Numbered from the stretch's first letter, positions 1-12,804 are shown. The stretch: DNA of 64,000 nucleotides from Cycas panzhihuaensis (GCA_023213395.1 CM041465.1:220913741-220977740); one strand, 5' to 3'. Notes: generated by a model from the letters alone, not told the origin. Numbers and translations are program-made.

Positions 1-495
1 GTGGGTTCCTTTTAATCTTTGAAAAATGAAGGTAAGAGAACCACTTGCATGAAAATGGACATCAAGCACCAAGTGTTGGGACTTTAAATTAGTCGCAATG
101 ATCAAAAGAAAAAGTGATTTTTATTAAGTACAAAGTGTATTTGAACCCTCTTTGAGACTAGGGGCATTAGGTCACCATGCAAGGTGCCTTAAAAGTGTTT
201 TAAAAATTAGTGATAAGTATCACTTTTTGATATAAAAACACTTAAAATCACTTCATAAGGAAAATGCTGTTCCAAATGATTTTGATGATCAGTTTGCTTC
301 TTGAAAAAAAAAAAGGAAGATAACCTTCAAGAAAGGATCGTTTTCGGTTTGGCAATGCCAGAGCTCTATTGACAGAGTGTGATGCCACTTCCTTTCAATG
401 TAATTGACTCATAAAAGTCACAGCATGTCTTCACTTGAATTTAGCAGCATAGACTTCAGTGTTTAGATTTACCAGGCAGATTTCATATTTGCCAA

Positions 496-768
496 GCAGA
501 TTTCATAACAGCACAGAGGCAAATTTCATAACAACACAGAGGCAGATCTTACAATAGCACAGAGGCAGATTTTATAACAGCACAGAGGCAGATTTCATAA
601 CAGCACAGAGGCAGATCTTACAATAGCACAGAGGCAGATCTTACAATAGCACAGAGGCAGATTTTATAACACAGAGGCAGATTTTATAACAGCACAGAGG
701 CAGATTTTATAATAGCACAGAGGCAGATTTTATAACAGCACAGAGGCAGATATTATAACAGCACAGAG
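496..768. repeat. 23-bp minisatellite, 12 units (GCAGATTTyATAACAGCACAGAG), in the A1 leader
   Basis: Units counted directly. One unit is 20 bp and three carry the variant GCAGATCTTACAATAGCACAGAG. Confidence 0.95.
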
Positions 769-1230
769 GAACCAGATTTACCAGGCATGCACAGATTTAC
801 CAGCATGCACAGATGATACCAACATGCACAGACTAAAAATCAATTACCAGGCACTAGAAATCACTGGAAATCACTGAAAATGAGTTCTTAGTGCTAAAAG
901 AACAACAGATCTGAGCTTAAACCAACTTTTAATTGTAGATCTGAGTGCAAATATCAACAAAATAGTTTTTTTTTTTAAATAAATCACTATTTGTAACAGT
1001 AATATGTGCTGTACCCAACAGGCCCTTTGTCTGGAAAAAAAAATTCAGATCTGAGATGTACTTGCTCCAGCCTGCAAATTTATCTCCAAAAGCTTGAACC
1101 TGCAAAAAAAACTTCAAACAAACCTTGGATGGCCTTCGGAATGCGAAGGTCGTCACCAAGTGTTTGTAGGCTTTCTCCAGATCTCCTTGAGCAGCTGCAA
1201 AACATAACAGAGGGAGCTAGTCTCCTCTTA

Positions 1231-1241
1231 CTCTGATACCA
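1231..1241 (-). promoter_or_regulatory. Primer-binding site (tRNA-iMet) of A1
   Basis: ctctgatacca is the reverse complement of TGGTATCAGAG and lies 2 nt from the LTR edge. Confidence 0.92.
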
Positions 1242-1243
1242 AA

Positions 1244-1765
1244 TGTGAAAAGAGGCTAGATGGCCTCAACAGTCCCTAGATCTAGAAACTAGGATCACTC
1301 TAGTTCTAGTTGTAGAAATACAAACAAGTATAATAATCTCAAGGTAAAGAGAAAGCAAAGAGACAAAACATGAATGAAGGAGCAAGAGAAAATGATACCC
1401 AATATGTGGAGTTGGAATTGGTCCAACCTCCAAAGAATGAACAGTTTGATTAGCAACCGACAAGATAACAATCTGACTCCAACTCTCTTATAAGACAATG
1501 AGAAAAGGTCTCATTATATAGAGTGAGATGAGCGACCTAAGGCCTTGGATGTTTGACAAGTGTCAAACATCCAAGATACATGCCTTGCATGTTGGACGTG
1601 TCCTTTTGGGCTCTCATGTGAGCAAAAATGCATGAGGGTCCATTTGACCCTTTAGTGACAACGTTGTGTCACTAGAAAGAATGTGGGTGTCCCTAAAGTA
1701 AAAAGTACACATATTACATGAAAATTAAGGTACATTATCTTAACATGTAAACATAAGGTTTAACA
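1244..1765 (-). repeat. 5' LTR of A1 (family A)
   Basis: TG...CA termini (tgtgaaaag...gtttaaca), an adjacent PBS and homology to the other A LTRs. Confidence 0.93.
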
Positions 1766-1978
1766 CTAAGATCCAAAGCAATAAATTCCATTTTAAGAAG
1801 ATTGCAAAAACTTTTTCATCTATTTTAGAGCATATGTTCACTATTTCAAAATCTTTGAAATAGTTGTAGAGACAACTTGATAAAATAGAAAAATATTAAT
1901 CAAGGCATAAACACTTTTAGCATCTAGTGACGTTTCAAGTTTCAAGCAACAAATCAGCATATAATCAAACATGGTCCA

Positions 1979-2138
1979 TGTAGGAATCAGCTTGTGTGAC
2001 AAATGTCTTACATGCAATTAGACATTCAACATGAATGACAAGTGTCCTGCATGCAAAGAAAGGGAATGGGGGTATGACACTCAATTATTAGAAGCTAGGC
2101 CTAAGTTTACAACTTATGAATAAATATTATTCCTAACA
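1979..2138 (-). repeat. 3' LTR of C (about 65 bp deleted relative to the 5' LTR)
   Basis: Aligns to 27606-27830 except for a gap after tgtaggaa, and abuts the PPT. Confidence 0.85.
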
Positions 2139-2174
2139 CCCCCCCCCCAATAATGTTTATTCTCTCTGCCTTAC

Positions 2175-5100
2175 TCCAATTTGGTCTCTGAACTACTAGA
2201 ACTTTTGTTTTCCAAGTGGTTTGGCGAAGACATCTGTTATTTCTTCTTTGCTTGGATAATATAGTAACTCAATCTCCTTCTACTACACTTTTTCTTTGCT
2301 ACAGTGACAATACACCTCTATATGTTTAATTCTAGCATGAAATACTAGATTTTTTGTCATCTTGATGGTGTTCTGATTGTCATAGAATATTGGAGTAGGA
2401 GAGGATTGTACTTGATTCAACTCTTCCAACATTCTTCTAAGCTAGATTTTCTCACACAAAGTACTTACAACTTTATATTCAACTTCTGTTGAGGACAACA
2501 TTATTGTGGGTTGTTTCTTATTGCACTAAGAGATGATACATGTACCTAGACTAAAACAGTAACAAGAGTTGGATTACCTGTCATTGACTTCCCTAACCTG
2601 AATTTATGTATCTACTCAATTTGATATTTTGAACTTTTGAATACTGTAAACCCAAATTTAGGATTTCTTTGATATATCTTAGAATCCTCTTAACTGCCCT
2701 CCAATGAACCTCTTTGGGGGTTGTCATGAATTGACAAATTATTCCCATAGCATATATAATACCAAACTTGGTGGTTATTAAATAGATTAGGTTACCCACC
2801 AGTCTCTTACATATAGAGTTTCATCCATTGGTTTGCCTTCTTCATCTACAATATTTTTTTTTCCTACTTCCATTGGTGTGGCGATAGGTTTGCAATTTTC
2901 CATGTTGAAGCCCTCTAGAAGCCTTTTTACGTACTTAGCTTGAGATAGAAAAGTGCCATTATGTTGCTAATCTATTTCAATTCCTAGATAGTAGTGTAGA
3001 AGTCCCATATATATCATTTTAAAGGATTTACATGGTGTTTGTTTTGCATCTTGTATCCATCCATTGTTATTGCCTATGATGAAGAGATCATCCATGTATA
3101 AGACAATTATTGTGATTTTCTTGTCTTTTGTTTTGTGAACATAGAGACTAGAGTCTACTTCACATCATGTGAACCCATTCTGTTTTAAATGCTAGTCAAT
3201 GTTATCATACCAGAATCTTGGGGCTTGTTTGAGTCCATACAAAGATTTTTTGAGTTTGAGACGAGATGTGCTTCTCCACTCTTTGCATAACGAGGAGGTT
3301 GCTCCATGTAATCTTCTTATGATAGATCACCATCGAGAAATGCTCCTTTTACATCCATCTAATATACTTTCCAGCCATACTGGACTGCAATTGCTATGAC
3401 TGTTCTAACAGTGATCATTTTTGCTGCTAGAGCAAAAGTCTCTTTGTAATCACTTCCATTTGTTTGAGTGATGCCATGTGCACCTAGACAAGCTTTGTGT
3501 TTTTGAATTGTTCCATCTGACCTCTCCTTAGTCTTAAAGACCCATTTGCACCCCACAATGGGTTTATATATAAGAGGTGGAACCAAGTCCCAAATGTTGT
3601 TTCTGTAAATTATATCAATTTCTTCATTCATAGCTTTGATCCATTTTTTATCCTTGCCAACCTCTTTATAAGTTAGAGGCTCATCATTATAAAAGAAAGA
3701 ATGTTGTACTTGACTCCCAGTCCTCCCTTGTTCTAAGTGTTCAATATTTTGGGTTACTAAATCTTGCAATCTTGGTAATCTTCTTGTAGTAATCTAATTT
3801 TGATTGATGCTTTGATTGTTATCTTGGACATCTGTTGAAGCTTTGGGAGTTGCTAACAAGCAAGCTATATCTTGTTGTGGTGCAATTTCTTCCTTTTCTA
3901 TCATCTGTGGATGCAAAGATGAGGATTCCTCAATCATGCTTATGGATGAAGACTCATCAAATATTACATCTCTGCTTATGATTATTTTGTTTGTTTTCAA
4001 ATCCACACATCTATATGCTTTGAATTTTTCACTTTACCCTACAAGGATGCATCTAATACTTTTATTGTCCAACTTTTTCTTTCCTCCTCTAGTATGTGGA
4101 CATAAATTGTACAACCAAAGACTCATAGATGTTAGATGTTCGATTTCCTTCATGTCCAAGCTTCTTTGGGAGTTGTTTCTTTTAAATCTTTAGTAGGACT
4201 TCTATTGAAAAGATAGTTGTATTTGCAACTTCTACCTAATATTTGTTTGAAACATCTCTTCCTTTCAACAAAGTTCTACGCATTTCCATGATGATCCTAT
4301 TCTTCCTTTCTACAATTCTATTTGATTAAGGAGTGTATGCAGCCGTGAGTTGCCTTTTGAGTCCATGAGCTTTGCAATACCTATAGAAGTCGTTGGATAT
4401 GAATTCCCCCCAATTGTCCATCCTCAAAACCTTGATCCTTTTATCACTTTTCCTTTCAACATGTGCTCTAAATTCTTTTAAGATATTGAAAGCTTTTGAC
4501 TTGTTCTTGAGAAAGTATAACCATACTTTTCTTTTAGAATCATCTATAAATGTCAAAAAATATTTTGCCCCTCCTATGGAAGTAGGTGCGACTAGATGAC
4601 AAATGTCGCTATGAATCAACTCTTAGTTTGAGACCTCTAAGTACTTAGGGAAACTTTGTCTACATTGCTTACCTAAAATGCATCCTTCACATACTAATTG
4701 TGGTATTGATATAGAATGGGAGACCCTTCACCATGTTATGTTTTTTTGAGTTGAGATAGACAATCATAAGAAAAATGACAATACCTCAAATGCTAGATTT
4801 CACTATTTTCAACTTTATCATTTACAAACTGAGCGTGAATGGCTGGTGTGGCCAAAAATTTGTAGAGGCCATCTACTTCAACTCCTTCTCCTCTGACTTT
4901 GGAGTCTTGATTTTTGTCTACAATGAGACATTTTCGATCTTCAAATTCAACTTTGAGATTTTTCTTCGTCATATGAGATACAGACAGCAAGTTCTTTTTA
5001 AGTCTGGGAACATACAAGACATTTCCTACTTTATTTACATTTCCATCATTCATTTTTACAAGAATAATTCCTATGCCTTGGAAAGAATGAATGGTATCAT

Positions 5101-5561
5101 CCCCAAGCTCTACCGTAGCATTGGTCTTATATGTCTTGAAGCTTTCAAACCAATCTCATTCAAGTGTCATATGATGAGATGGCCCCAAATTGATGAATCA
5201 GTTGTCCTTGGAGTTGACTTGTGATGACAAGGTCATAAAGAAGGTTGTCTCTTTGTTGTTGTCATCCTCTTTTTCTTCCTCCATTGTAATTCCCAATAAC
5301 TCTCTTGCCTCGGGCTATATCTGCCTTCTTGTACCTACAATCTTTTGCAAAATGGCCCACTTTTCCACAATAAAAACACATAATTCTTTGAGATGTAAAC
5401 CTTTGGGGTGGAGTTGTGTTTCTCTGTGCTCAACCTCTATTTTAACTCATAAAACCTCCCCTAATTTGGGTTTGTATAACCCTTCCTTAGATTTTAGCCT
5501 TGGAGGCGAAGGCATTTTCTAGGTCAGCCTCTTCATAATTCATTTTCCTTTGCTCAAAGTG
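2175..5561 (-). pseudogene. Decayed pol of C (RNase H, RT, integrase, protease) plus gag C-terminus
   Basis: ORF fragments: GNLIYLITT..HWRAVKRILRY (2593-2799), GCKWVFKTK..KACL.A.G.TQ..DY.ETF (3359-3769), IISRDVIFDE (3794-4006), IHSDIC..YFLTFIDD (4326-4619), VLYVPRLKKNLLSV (4793-5053). Many stops. Confidence 0.93.
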
Positions 5562-5566
5562 GAGTA

Positions 5567-6118
5567 TGTGAAAAGAGGCCTAATGGCCTCACAGTCCCAA
5601 GATCTAGAAGCTAGGATCACTCTAGTTCTAGAAGCACAAATACTTAACAAATATAATACTCTCAAGGTAAAAGAAAGCATAAGAGACAAAGCATAAAATG
5701 AAGAAGCAAGAGAAATGATACCCAATGTGTGGAGTTGGAATTGGTCCAACCTCCAAAGAATAAACAGTTTGATTAGCAAGCGGCGACATAACAATCTGAC
5801 TCCAACTCTCTTATGAGACAATGAGAAGAGGTCTCATTATATAGGCGAAATGAGAGACCTAAGGCCTTGGATGTTTGACAAGTGTCAAACATCCAAGATA
5901 CATGCCTTACATGTAGGACATGTGTCCTTTTGGGCTCTCATGTGAGCAAAAATGCATGAGGGTCCATTTGACCCTTTAATGACAACGTTGTGTCACTAGA
6001 AAGAATGTGGGCGTGCACTTTATCACTTAAGTGATAAGTCACCCCTAAAGTACAAAAGTACACATATTACATAAAAATTAAAGTACATAACCTTAACATG
6101 TAAACATAAGGTTTAACA
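5567..6118 (-). repeat. 3' LTR of A2
   Basis: TG...CA termini, TSD on the left, PPT on the right. Confidence 0.95.
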
Positions 6119-6139
6119 CCCCCTTACTGTTTACAATGT

Positions 6140-9100
6140 TAAGTCGGACACCAAGACGATCTCTGAATTTTACAAACTTTTCTCTATCAAGAGGCTTGGT
6201 AAAGATATTTGTTGTCTGCTCCTCTGTAAGTATGTACTGGAGATTGATCTCACCATTCTGCACATGCTCTCTAATGAAGTGATGGTGAACCTCAATGTTC
6301 GTGCATGAAAAACTGGATTCTTAGCTAACTTGAGTACACTTTGATTGTCACAATGTATCCTGGTGGGGTGACCCTGCTCAAGTCCAAGTTCCCCAAGAAT
6401 CCGACATAGCTAGATAGCCTCACAAGCTGCGCTGACTGCAGCTTTGTACTCTACTTTGGTGGAGGACAAGGTAACATTGGGATGCTTCTTGCAACTCCAC
6501 GAAACAACTGTTGAACCAAGGGAAAAATAGTATCCCGAGGTTGATCTCCTGCTATCTTGGCAACCGGCCCAATCAGAATCTGAGAACCCTTCCAGAGTGA
6601 AGTTCTCATTATGCGCATACTCAAGGCCATGCTGCAATGTGGCTTTTATGTATTTAAGTATGCGTTTAACTGCATTCCAATGTATCTGATTGGGTTGAGA
6701 CATGTATCGTGAACAAATCCCAACTGCAAATGAAATGTCCGATCGAGTGTTGGTGAGATAAATGAGGCTTCCAATCAACTACCAGTAAAGTGTGAGATCT
6801 GCCTGTGCAGCTTCCTCATTGAGAGTAAGCTTAGATCCATTCTCCATTGGTGCAGGCGCTAGTTTGCAGTCGTGCATCCTGAACCGCTGCAAAATGTCCC
6901 AAGAGTAATTTGCTTGGGAGATGAAGATATAGCCTGGCTGTTGCCATATCTCAAAGCCTAAAAAGTAATGCAGAAGTCCAAGATCTGTCATCTCGAAACT
7001 TCTCTTCAAGTCATCTTGGAGAATATGTATCATCTTAGTCTCACTGCCAGTGATCACTAAGTCATCTACATACAAGGCAACAAAAATGACATGGTTCTTT
7101 TCATGTTTTATATACAGATTAGGATCTGAAGTAGATCGATGAAACCCATGTCTTAAGAAGTACTCATCGATCTTTAAGTACCATGCTCTTGGAGCTTGTT
7201 TCAAGCCATATAACGCCTTTTTTAGACGATATACAAAATGCTCCTTGCCTTGTACTTTGTAACCGGGAGGTTGCTCCAAATATACCTCCTCCTGAAGATC
7301 GCCATTAAGAAAGGCGCTCTTCACGTCCATCTGATAGACTGGCCATTTGCATTGAGCAGCTAAGACAAAGATGAGTCTGATGGTGTTGATAGTTGCCACT
7401 GGTGCAAAAGTTTCCTCATAGTCTATGCCTTCTTTTTGTTTGAATCCTTTTGCCACAAGGCGCACCTTCTGCCGTTTGAGTGAACCATCATAATGGAATT
7501 TGGTCTTGTAGACCCATTTGCAACTGATTGCCTATTTGTGTTTAAGCAATTCAACCAAATTCCAAGTACCATTCTTTTCAATAGAATGGATTTCTTCATC
7601 CATGGCAGCCTTCCAATTTTCATTTTTAGAAGCCTCCTCAAAAGTGGAAGGCTCATCAACACAAAGCACTTCAGCCATAAGTGCATAATTGGTCTCTTCT
7701 TGGATATTTTGATGGACGTTTTCCTTCAATGATGTGGTCGTCCTGAACTATTTGTGTGTACCATTTTGGTAACTTTTGAATCGAAGTAACTTGAACCTCA
7801 AGATCTTCTGGTCTAAGTGGTTGGTCAACAAAAGATGTGCTTGGATCAAGTGGAGCCAGATCAGATGATGTGGACGGTCCAGCAGGTGCAGATGATGTAC
7901 ATGGTGTAGAAGATTGAGAGGGAAGGAAGGCCTCAACAATCTTCTTGCCTTTGTCAATGGGAGGTTGCATGGATGCTGTTTGCAACTCCTTATGATCTTC
8001 TTCAGCAAAAGATGCATTTTCTTCCCTAAGGGATCATACAACTTGTAGGCTTTGGTGTGAATGGCATATCCTACAAAGATGCATTTTAGACTATGCTTGT
8101 CTAATTTCTCCCTTTGTTGATCAGGAATGTGCATATAAGCAATGCACCCAAAAGTCCTCAAATGACTGACAATAGGCTTTTTGCCAGACCATGCCTCCTC
8201 GGGTGTCATATCGGTGACTGTTGCGGTTGGACTGCGATTGGCCACATAGGCAACTGTGTGAAATGCTTCTGCCCAGTATGCTCGAGTGAGTCCTTGTGCA
8301 TGCATCATTGCTTTGGCTTTATTAGCCAAAGTTCTGTTCATTCTCTCAGAGACCCCATTTTGTTGAGGAGTGTGGGGAATAGTCAGTTGTCTCTGAATGC
8401 CATTATCCTTGCAGTATTGGGTGAATTCATTTGAAGTAAATTCACCTCCATTGTCTGTCCTTAATGTTTTGATTGAGTGGCCAAACTCATTTTCTACTTC
8501 AAGCTTGAATTCTTTGAATTTGGAAAAAGCTTCAGACTTGTGCTTGATGAAGTAGACCCCGACTTTGTGAGAAAAGTCATCAATGAAGGAGATGTAATAC
8601 AAGGCTCCTCCAAAAGATGTTGTGGACATAGGTCCACACAAATCCGAATGTACCAACTGCAAAGGATGTAATGCACGCCACGCTTTGCCTTTAGGAAAAG
8701 GCAAGCGATGTTGAATTCCCATAATGCACGCTTCACAAAGACATTTTGTGCCATATATCTTTGGAAGCCCATATACCATATTCTTGTTGATCATCTGCCT
8801 CAAATTGTCTAAACTCAAATGGCCTAGACGTTGATGCCAAAGTTGCATCTTGGACAAGTATGGAGTGACAATTGAACCAGAGCAAGCAGAATCAAGTGTT
8901 ATATTATTTGCATCCAATTTGTAGAGGCCTTGATCCTCATAGCCAACAGCTACTACTTGGTCATCTTTGTCACTGATTATACATTTCCCATTTCTGAACA
9001 AGACACTCATCTATTGCTTGTCCAACTTGCTAACAGATAGTAAGTTCTTGTCCATTGAAGGTATAAAGTAGACATTGCCAGCGGAAAATGAGGAGGAAGG

Positions 9101-10302
9101 ATTTGATGAAGAATGAAATGGAGTTATTGTGCCTACTCCAGAAATTTTAACAGATTGATTGTTCCCAAAGGTCACTGATTGACCTTTACCTTCCTTGATG
9201 TTGGTGAGGAGCTCTTTACTTCCAGTCATGTGTTGTGAAGTTCCAAAATCAATAATCCAAGTTTCATCAACCTTGGATGTTTGATATACACAAAACAGTT
9301 TGTCTTCATCTGCAAACTAATTAAAGTGGCGTTGATTGCCACCTCTAAAACCCCCGCTTCCTCTTTGACCTCCTCGATAGGCACCTCGATTTGGTCGAGG
9401 GGCTTCTTCTTCTTCTTGTTATTCTTTGAAATCTTTGTTGGTATTGCTGACGTGGCTGATGTTGTCGCTGATTTGGTTGACGTGGTTGTTGCTGCTGTGG
9501 ACGTAGATTTGCTTGCTTTTTTTGACAATCAGGTGCTATGTGGCCAGGTTTGCCACAATAATGACATACAACATTGGTCCTTGAAGACCCAATGTTCATG
9601 TTCCCAAACTGCTTTGAAAGTGCAGGTTTGGGGTGCTGTTTTGCCTTTGAGTTGGCCGTGAATGCACCTGATGTAGATGGTTCCTCCTCATTATCTTTGG
9701 TGTAGATTTGTTCTTCTTGAAGTAATAGACTTTCAAATTCATTGAATGTAATTCTTTTGAGAGAATCATCTCTTGTAGTAGATGAAATGAAGCCATTGTA
9801 GTCCTTTGGCAAAGCTTTGGTGATAGATGTAATCAGTTCATCTCTCGTTGCTGGACTACCTAGTGTGTTCAACTCATTACACACCTCCTTGATGGAGAAA
9901 AGAAAAGCCGACATTGACTTGACAAACTTTATAGAATACAATTTGGCTTCAACCATTAAAATGCAAACTTCATCTCGCCTTTCATACAATGAGGACAAAA
10001 TGTCCCAAGCTTCCTTAGAAGTTTTAGCACAAGCAATGTTTTGATCTACATGCACATCAACAATCATATGAAAAAATGCCAAAGCGATTTCATCTTTGGC
10101 TTCCCAAGCAGCAACTAAAGCATCATCAGGTTGCGATTACATTGCCATTGATAACAGTTTCAGGTTGAGGTAGTCTCCCAGAAACATAACTCCAAAATTC
10201 ATTCATGATCAGCAAATTCTGAGTGAGTCTCTTCCATTCTTAATAGTTATCTTGACCTGTTAATCAAATGGTGCATGCATTTAGCATGTTGATAGCAGCC
10301 AT
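6140..10302 (-). pseudogene. gag-pol of A2 (gag with CCHC knuckle, protease, integrase, RT, RNase H) with premature stops and frameshifts
   Basis: ATG at 10302 (MAAINMLNACTI*LTGQDNY). CHYCGKPGHIAPDC knuckle. Protease WIIDFGTSQHMT, with DSG mutated. Integrase WHQRLGH..CEAC..HSDLCGP..TDNGGEF (7748-9010). [13 protein letters not shown] and LYVDDL (6779-7465). RNase H DSDWAG..RRSTSGY (6410-6778). Domain order is copia-type. Confidence 0.96.
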
Positions 10303-10858
10303 GTTTCAGTTATAAGGCTTGAAGCTAACAGATAACTTGAAAACTCAAAGCTTTCGTCGCTTAAGTTCCACCTTCTAACGAAACCAACAGTCCTGATCTT
10401 ACTAGAAGATCCAACAACTGAATTGAATGATGAGGGGTGGAGGACTAGGCTATGGAGTTGGTCCAACTCTGATCTTATAGAGGAGATCCAACAGTTGGCC
10501 AAGTTAAATCTAGGACAAGGCAGGTAGGGTTGATCTGCATGGACGTACCATGCTTTCCCTGGGATTCACAGCCCCAATAACACCCTTTTTGAACCTCCTT
10601 TCCCTCAAGCAACCTTAATTGTCGTGCACTAACCGTATGGTCGGTTGGTCCCCTAGGGAATACACCAAGCTTAAGGTTATTTCAGAGGCAAGGTTTGAAC
10701 CTTTTTCGGGCCTCTCCAACAAGATTTTAAGTCGCTTTTTAGAAGTTTTAAAGTGAACTTAAATTTATTTTACTTGGATGACGTACTTATGAGAATGCTT
10801 GATTTAAGCGTTACAATGAAAGTGGCTTCAAAAAGAAGCAATTTTAGTACATCAATAT

Positions 10859-11223
10859 TGTTGGAATAATGTACATTCCCATTTACATGTCCATTTAAGT
10901 TCATTTCATGTCATTGAAATAATTGCTCACATGGAATATTCTAGATGAGAATATCCTAGTGAGAGAAGATTCTTGGTCAAAGGTTCTAGAAGTCAAAGAT
11001 GCTCAACCATTAATGAGTTAGTTTGAGCACACCAAAAATCATGGGAGTAGTTGAACCAACTCCTATGTTTAGACATAGTGTAAAACTATAAATATGTATT
11101 TGTATCTTACATATTTTCTGAATGAGATTTGGAGAGTTGTGAGTCATTGTCGTATTGTCATTTCTTGTGTATGTCACATGTGCTTTATGACATGTCTCCA
11201 ACTCATATCCTCTCATTCCAACA
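10859..11223 (+). repeat. 5' LTR of B1
   Basis: tgttggaata...ttccaaca, followed directly by the PBS. Confidence 0.96.
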
Positions 11224-11389
11224 TGGTATCAGAGCTTAGGTTCTTGACACTTGTGTTCTACCATGTGTGTCTTAAATTACGCCATGTTAGCCTAGCTTTC
11301 TAATAGCTCTATCTTTGAAATCACGGTGACAGATTTTGTCCATGCACCAGTCCGATTTGGTGACATAAAAGAGCACTTTAGGCGGCATA

Positions 11390-11945
11390 AAGTAGTACTT
11401 CAAGAGGATTTGTCTTATGCAATTCATCCTCTTTTAAAGGGTACTACTGGTGACATGTGAAAGGATATTTCAAGAGGTTTTTAAAGCATTTTTTCCTCTT
11501 TGAAATATATTATGATGGCTTCATTTGAATGATACTTTAAAAAGGATCTTGTTAAAGTATTTTATCCTTTTTGTAAAAAGTATCTATTGGTAGCACAAAA
11601 GACCAAATCTTTGGCGAACATGAAAAGTACCTTAAGAGGAATTTTTAATACATTTAATCCTCTTTTTTAAGGTACATTTTTGGTGATGTAAAAGGGCATG
11701 ATATCTTAAGAAGACTTTAAGCTTTTAAGATCAATATTTTGTCTTCTTTGAAAGGTAATTTTTTGGCTTCAATGTAAGAGTACTTTATGAGCATTTTCTC
11801 ATGTACTTAATCCTCTTTTGACTCTATTTGATGAGGATTTTTCAATGTACTATGAGAATATTTGTAAAAGGAAAATTTAATGTACTAAGTCCTCTTTTAT
11901 AGAACTTTTAGAGGACCTTTTAATGTACTTATTCCTCTTTATTGA
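11390..11945 (+). repeat. Degenerate array of ~60-80 bp units, each with the inverted repeat AAGAGGA(T)...(A)TCCTCTT
   Basis: About 7 units, e.g. caagaggatttgtcttatgcaattcatcctctt and gtaccttaagagga...tcctcttttttaaggtac. The same array occurs in B2 at ~32370-33210. Confidence 0.75.
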
Positions 11946-12804
11946 TGGTTTTTTAAACCTTCATTTGTACTCTCTTAAAGTGTAATTCACCTTGCGATCA
12001 GCGAGTGATGTGGCACTCATACTTGCGGTGATTTAAAACACTTTTCTCCTTACTTTTCTTATAGACTTTACAACATGTGCGTGAATTCGGCTATAATTTC
12101 CCAGATTCACTAAGGCAAATGTAAATCCTATGTAATGTAACACTTTCAGTCTTACAAAGACCTATGGGAGTTGTTGAAGGAGAAAACAGGAAGCCAAGTC
12201 AGATTCAAGGCAAATTGGTGCGGCACAATATATCACAACATGGTGTCATATGACATGACACGACATGACTTGGCAGAATTGGAACCTGGAACACTAACAT
12301 TCATCATTTTGCTAGTGGTTGATGAGAAGATTGCTTATCTTATTTGCTTGCATATGATGCAGAATGACTCTTAATGATTAGAGTCTTGATACTTGCTTAC
12401 TCTTGAAATATGTCAAGTCTCTACAGAGACAAGGGACTTATGTTTTTGAATTGTAGAGTATATAACTCTTATCAACCTGCATGATACTTATCATACCTTT
12501 CTCTACCTCAAACTCTTTCATTTCTGAGTTGGGTAGCTTACTATTCTGACCTATTGTGTAATGGTGATGATAGTTGCAGTGTTGAGGTGTTAAGGGAAAA
12601 CACCTAACAATTCTATGAAGCAACAATGTCTTGGAAAATGACAATAGTGCATAAAATCAAGCACGATATTGTAAACCAAGATTATGACATTTGGAGAAGC
12701 AGGACAATGAGCGTGTTTTCACGCATTGATGACCACAACTAGTATGTACTACATGAGGATCATGAAATCCTCTTTGGGAGCTTTGTAATGGCAACTGCAA
12801 AGGC

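Larger units (their letters stand above)
1..1765 (-). mobile_element. Ty1/copia LTR retrotransposon A1, partial: 5' LTR, PBS and leader; the rest lies left of the window
   Basis: LTR 1244-1765 is homologous to 5567-6118 and 15372-15925. PBS at 1231-1241. Segments 1-255 and ~1030-1243 match the A2 leader (14060-14310 and 15160-15371). Confidence 0.9.

Noticed and set aside
10859-11223. Family B as a retrozyme (hammerhead) or Cassandra (5S-bearing) TRIM
   Set aside because: No CTGANGA...GAAA core and no convincing 5S A/C-box match was seen in the LTR (only GAGTAGT). An Rfam scan would be definitive.
11224-11235. tRNA gene at TGGTATCAGAGC sites
   Set aside because: This is only the 12-nt PBS complementary to the tRNA-iMet 3' end, with no cloverleaf.
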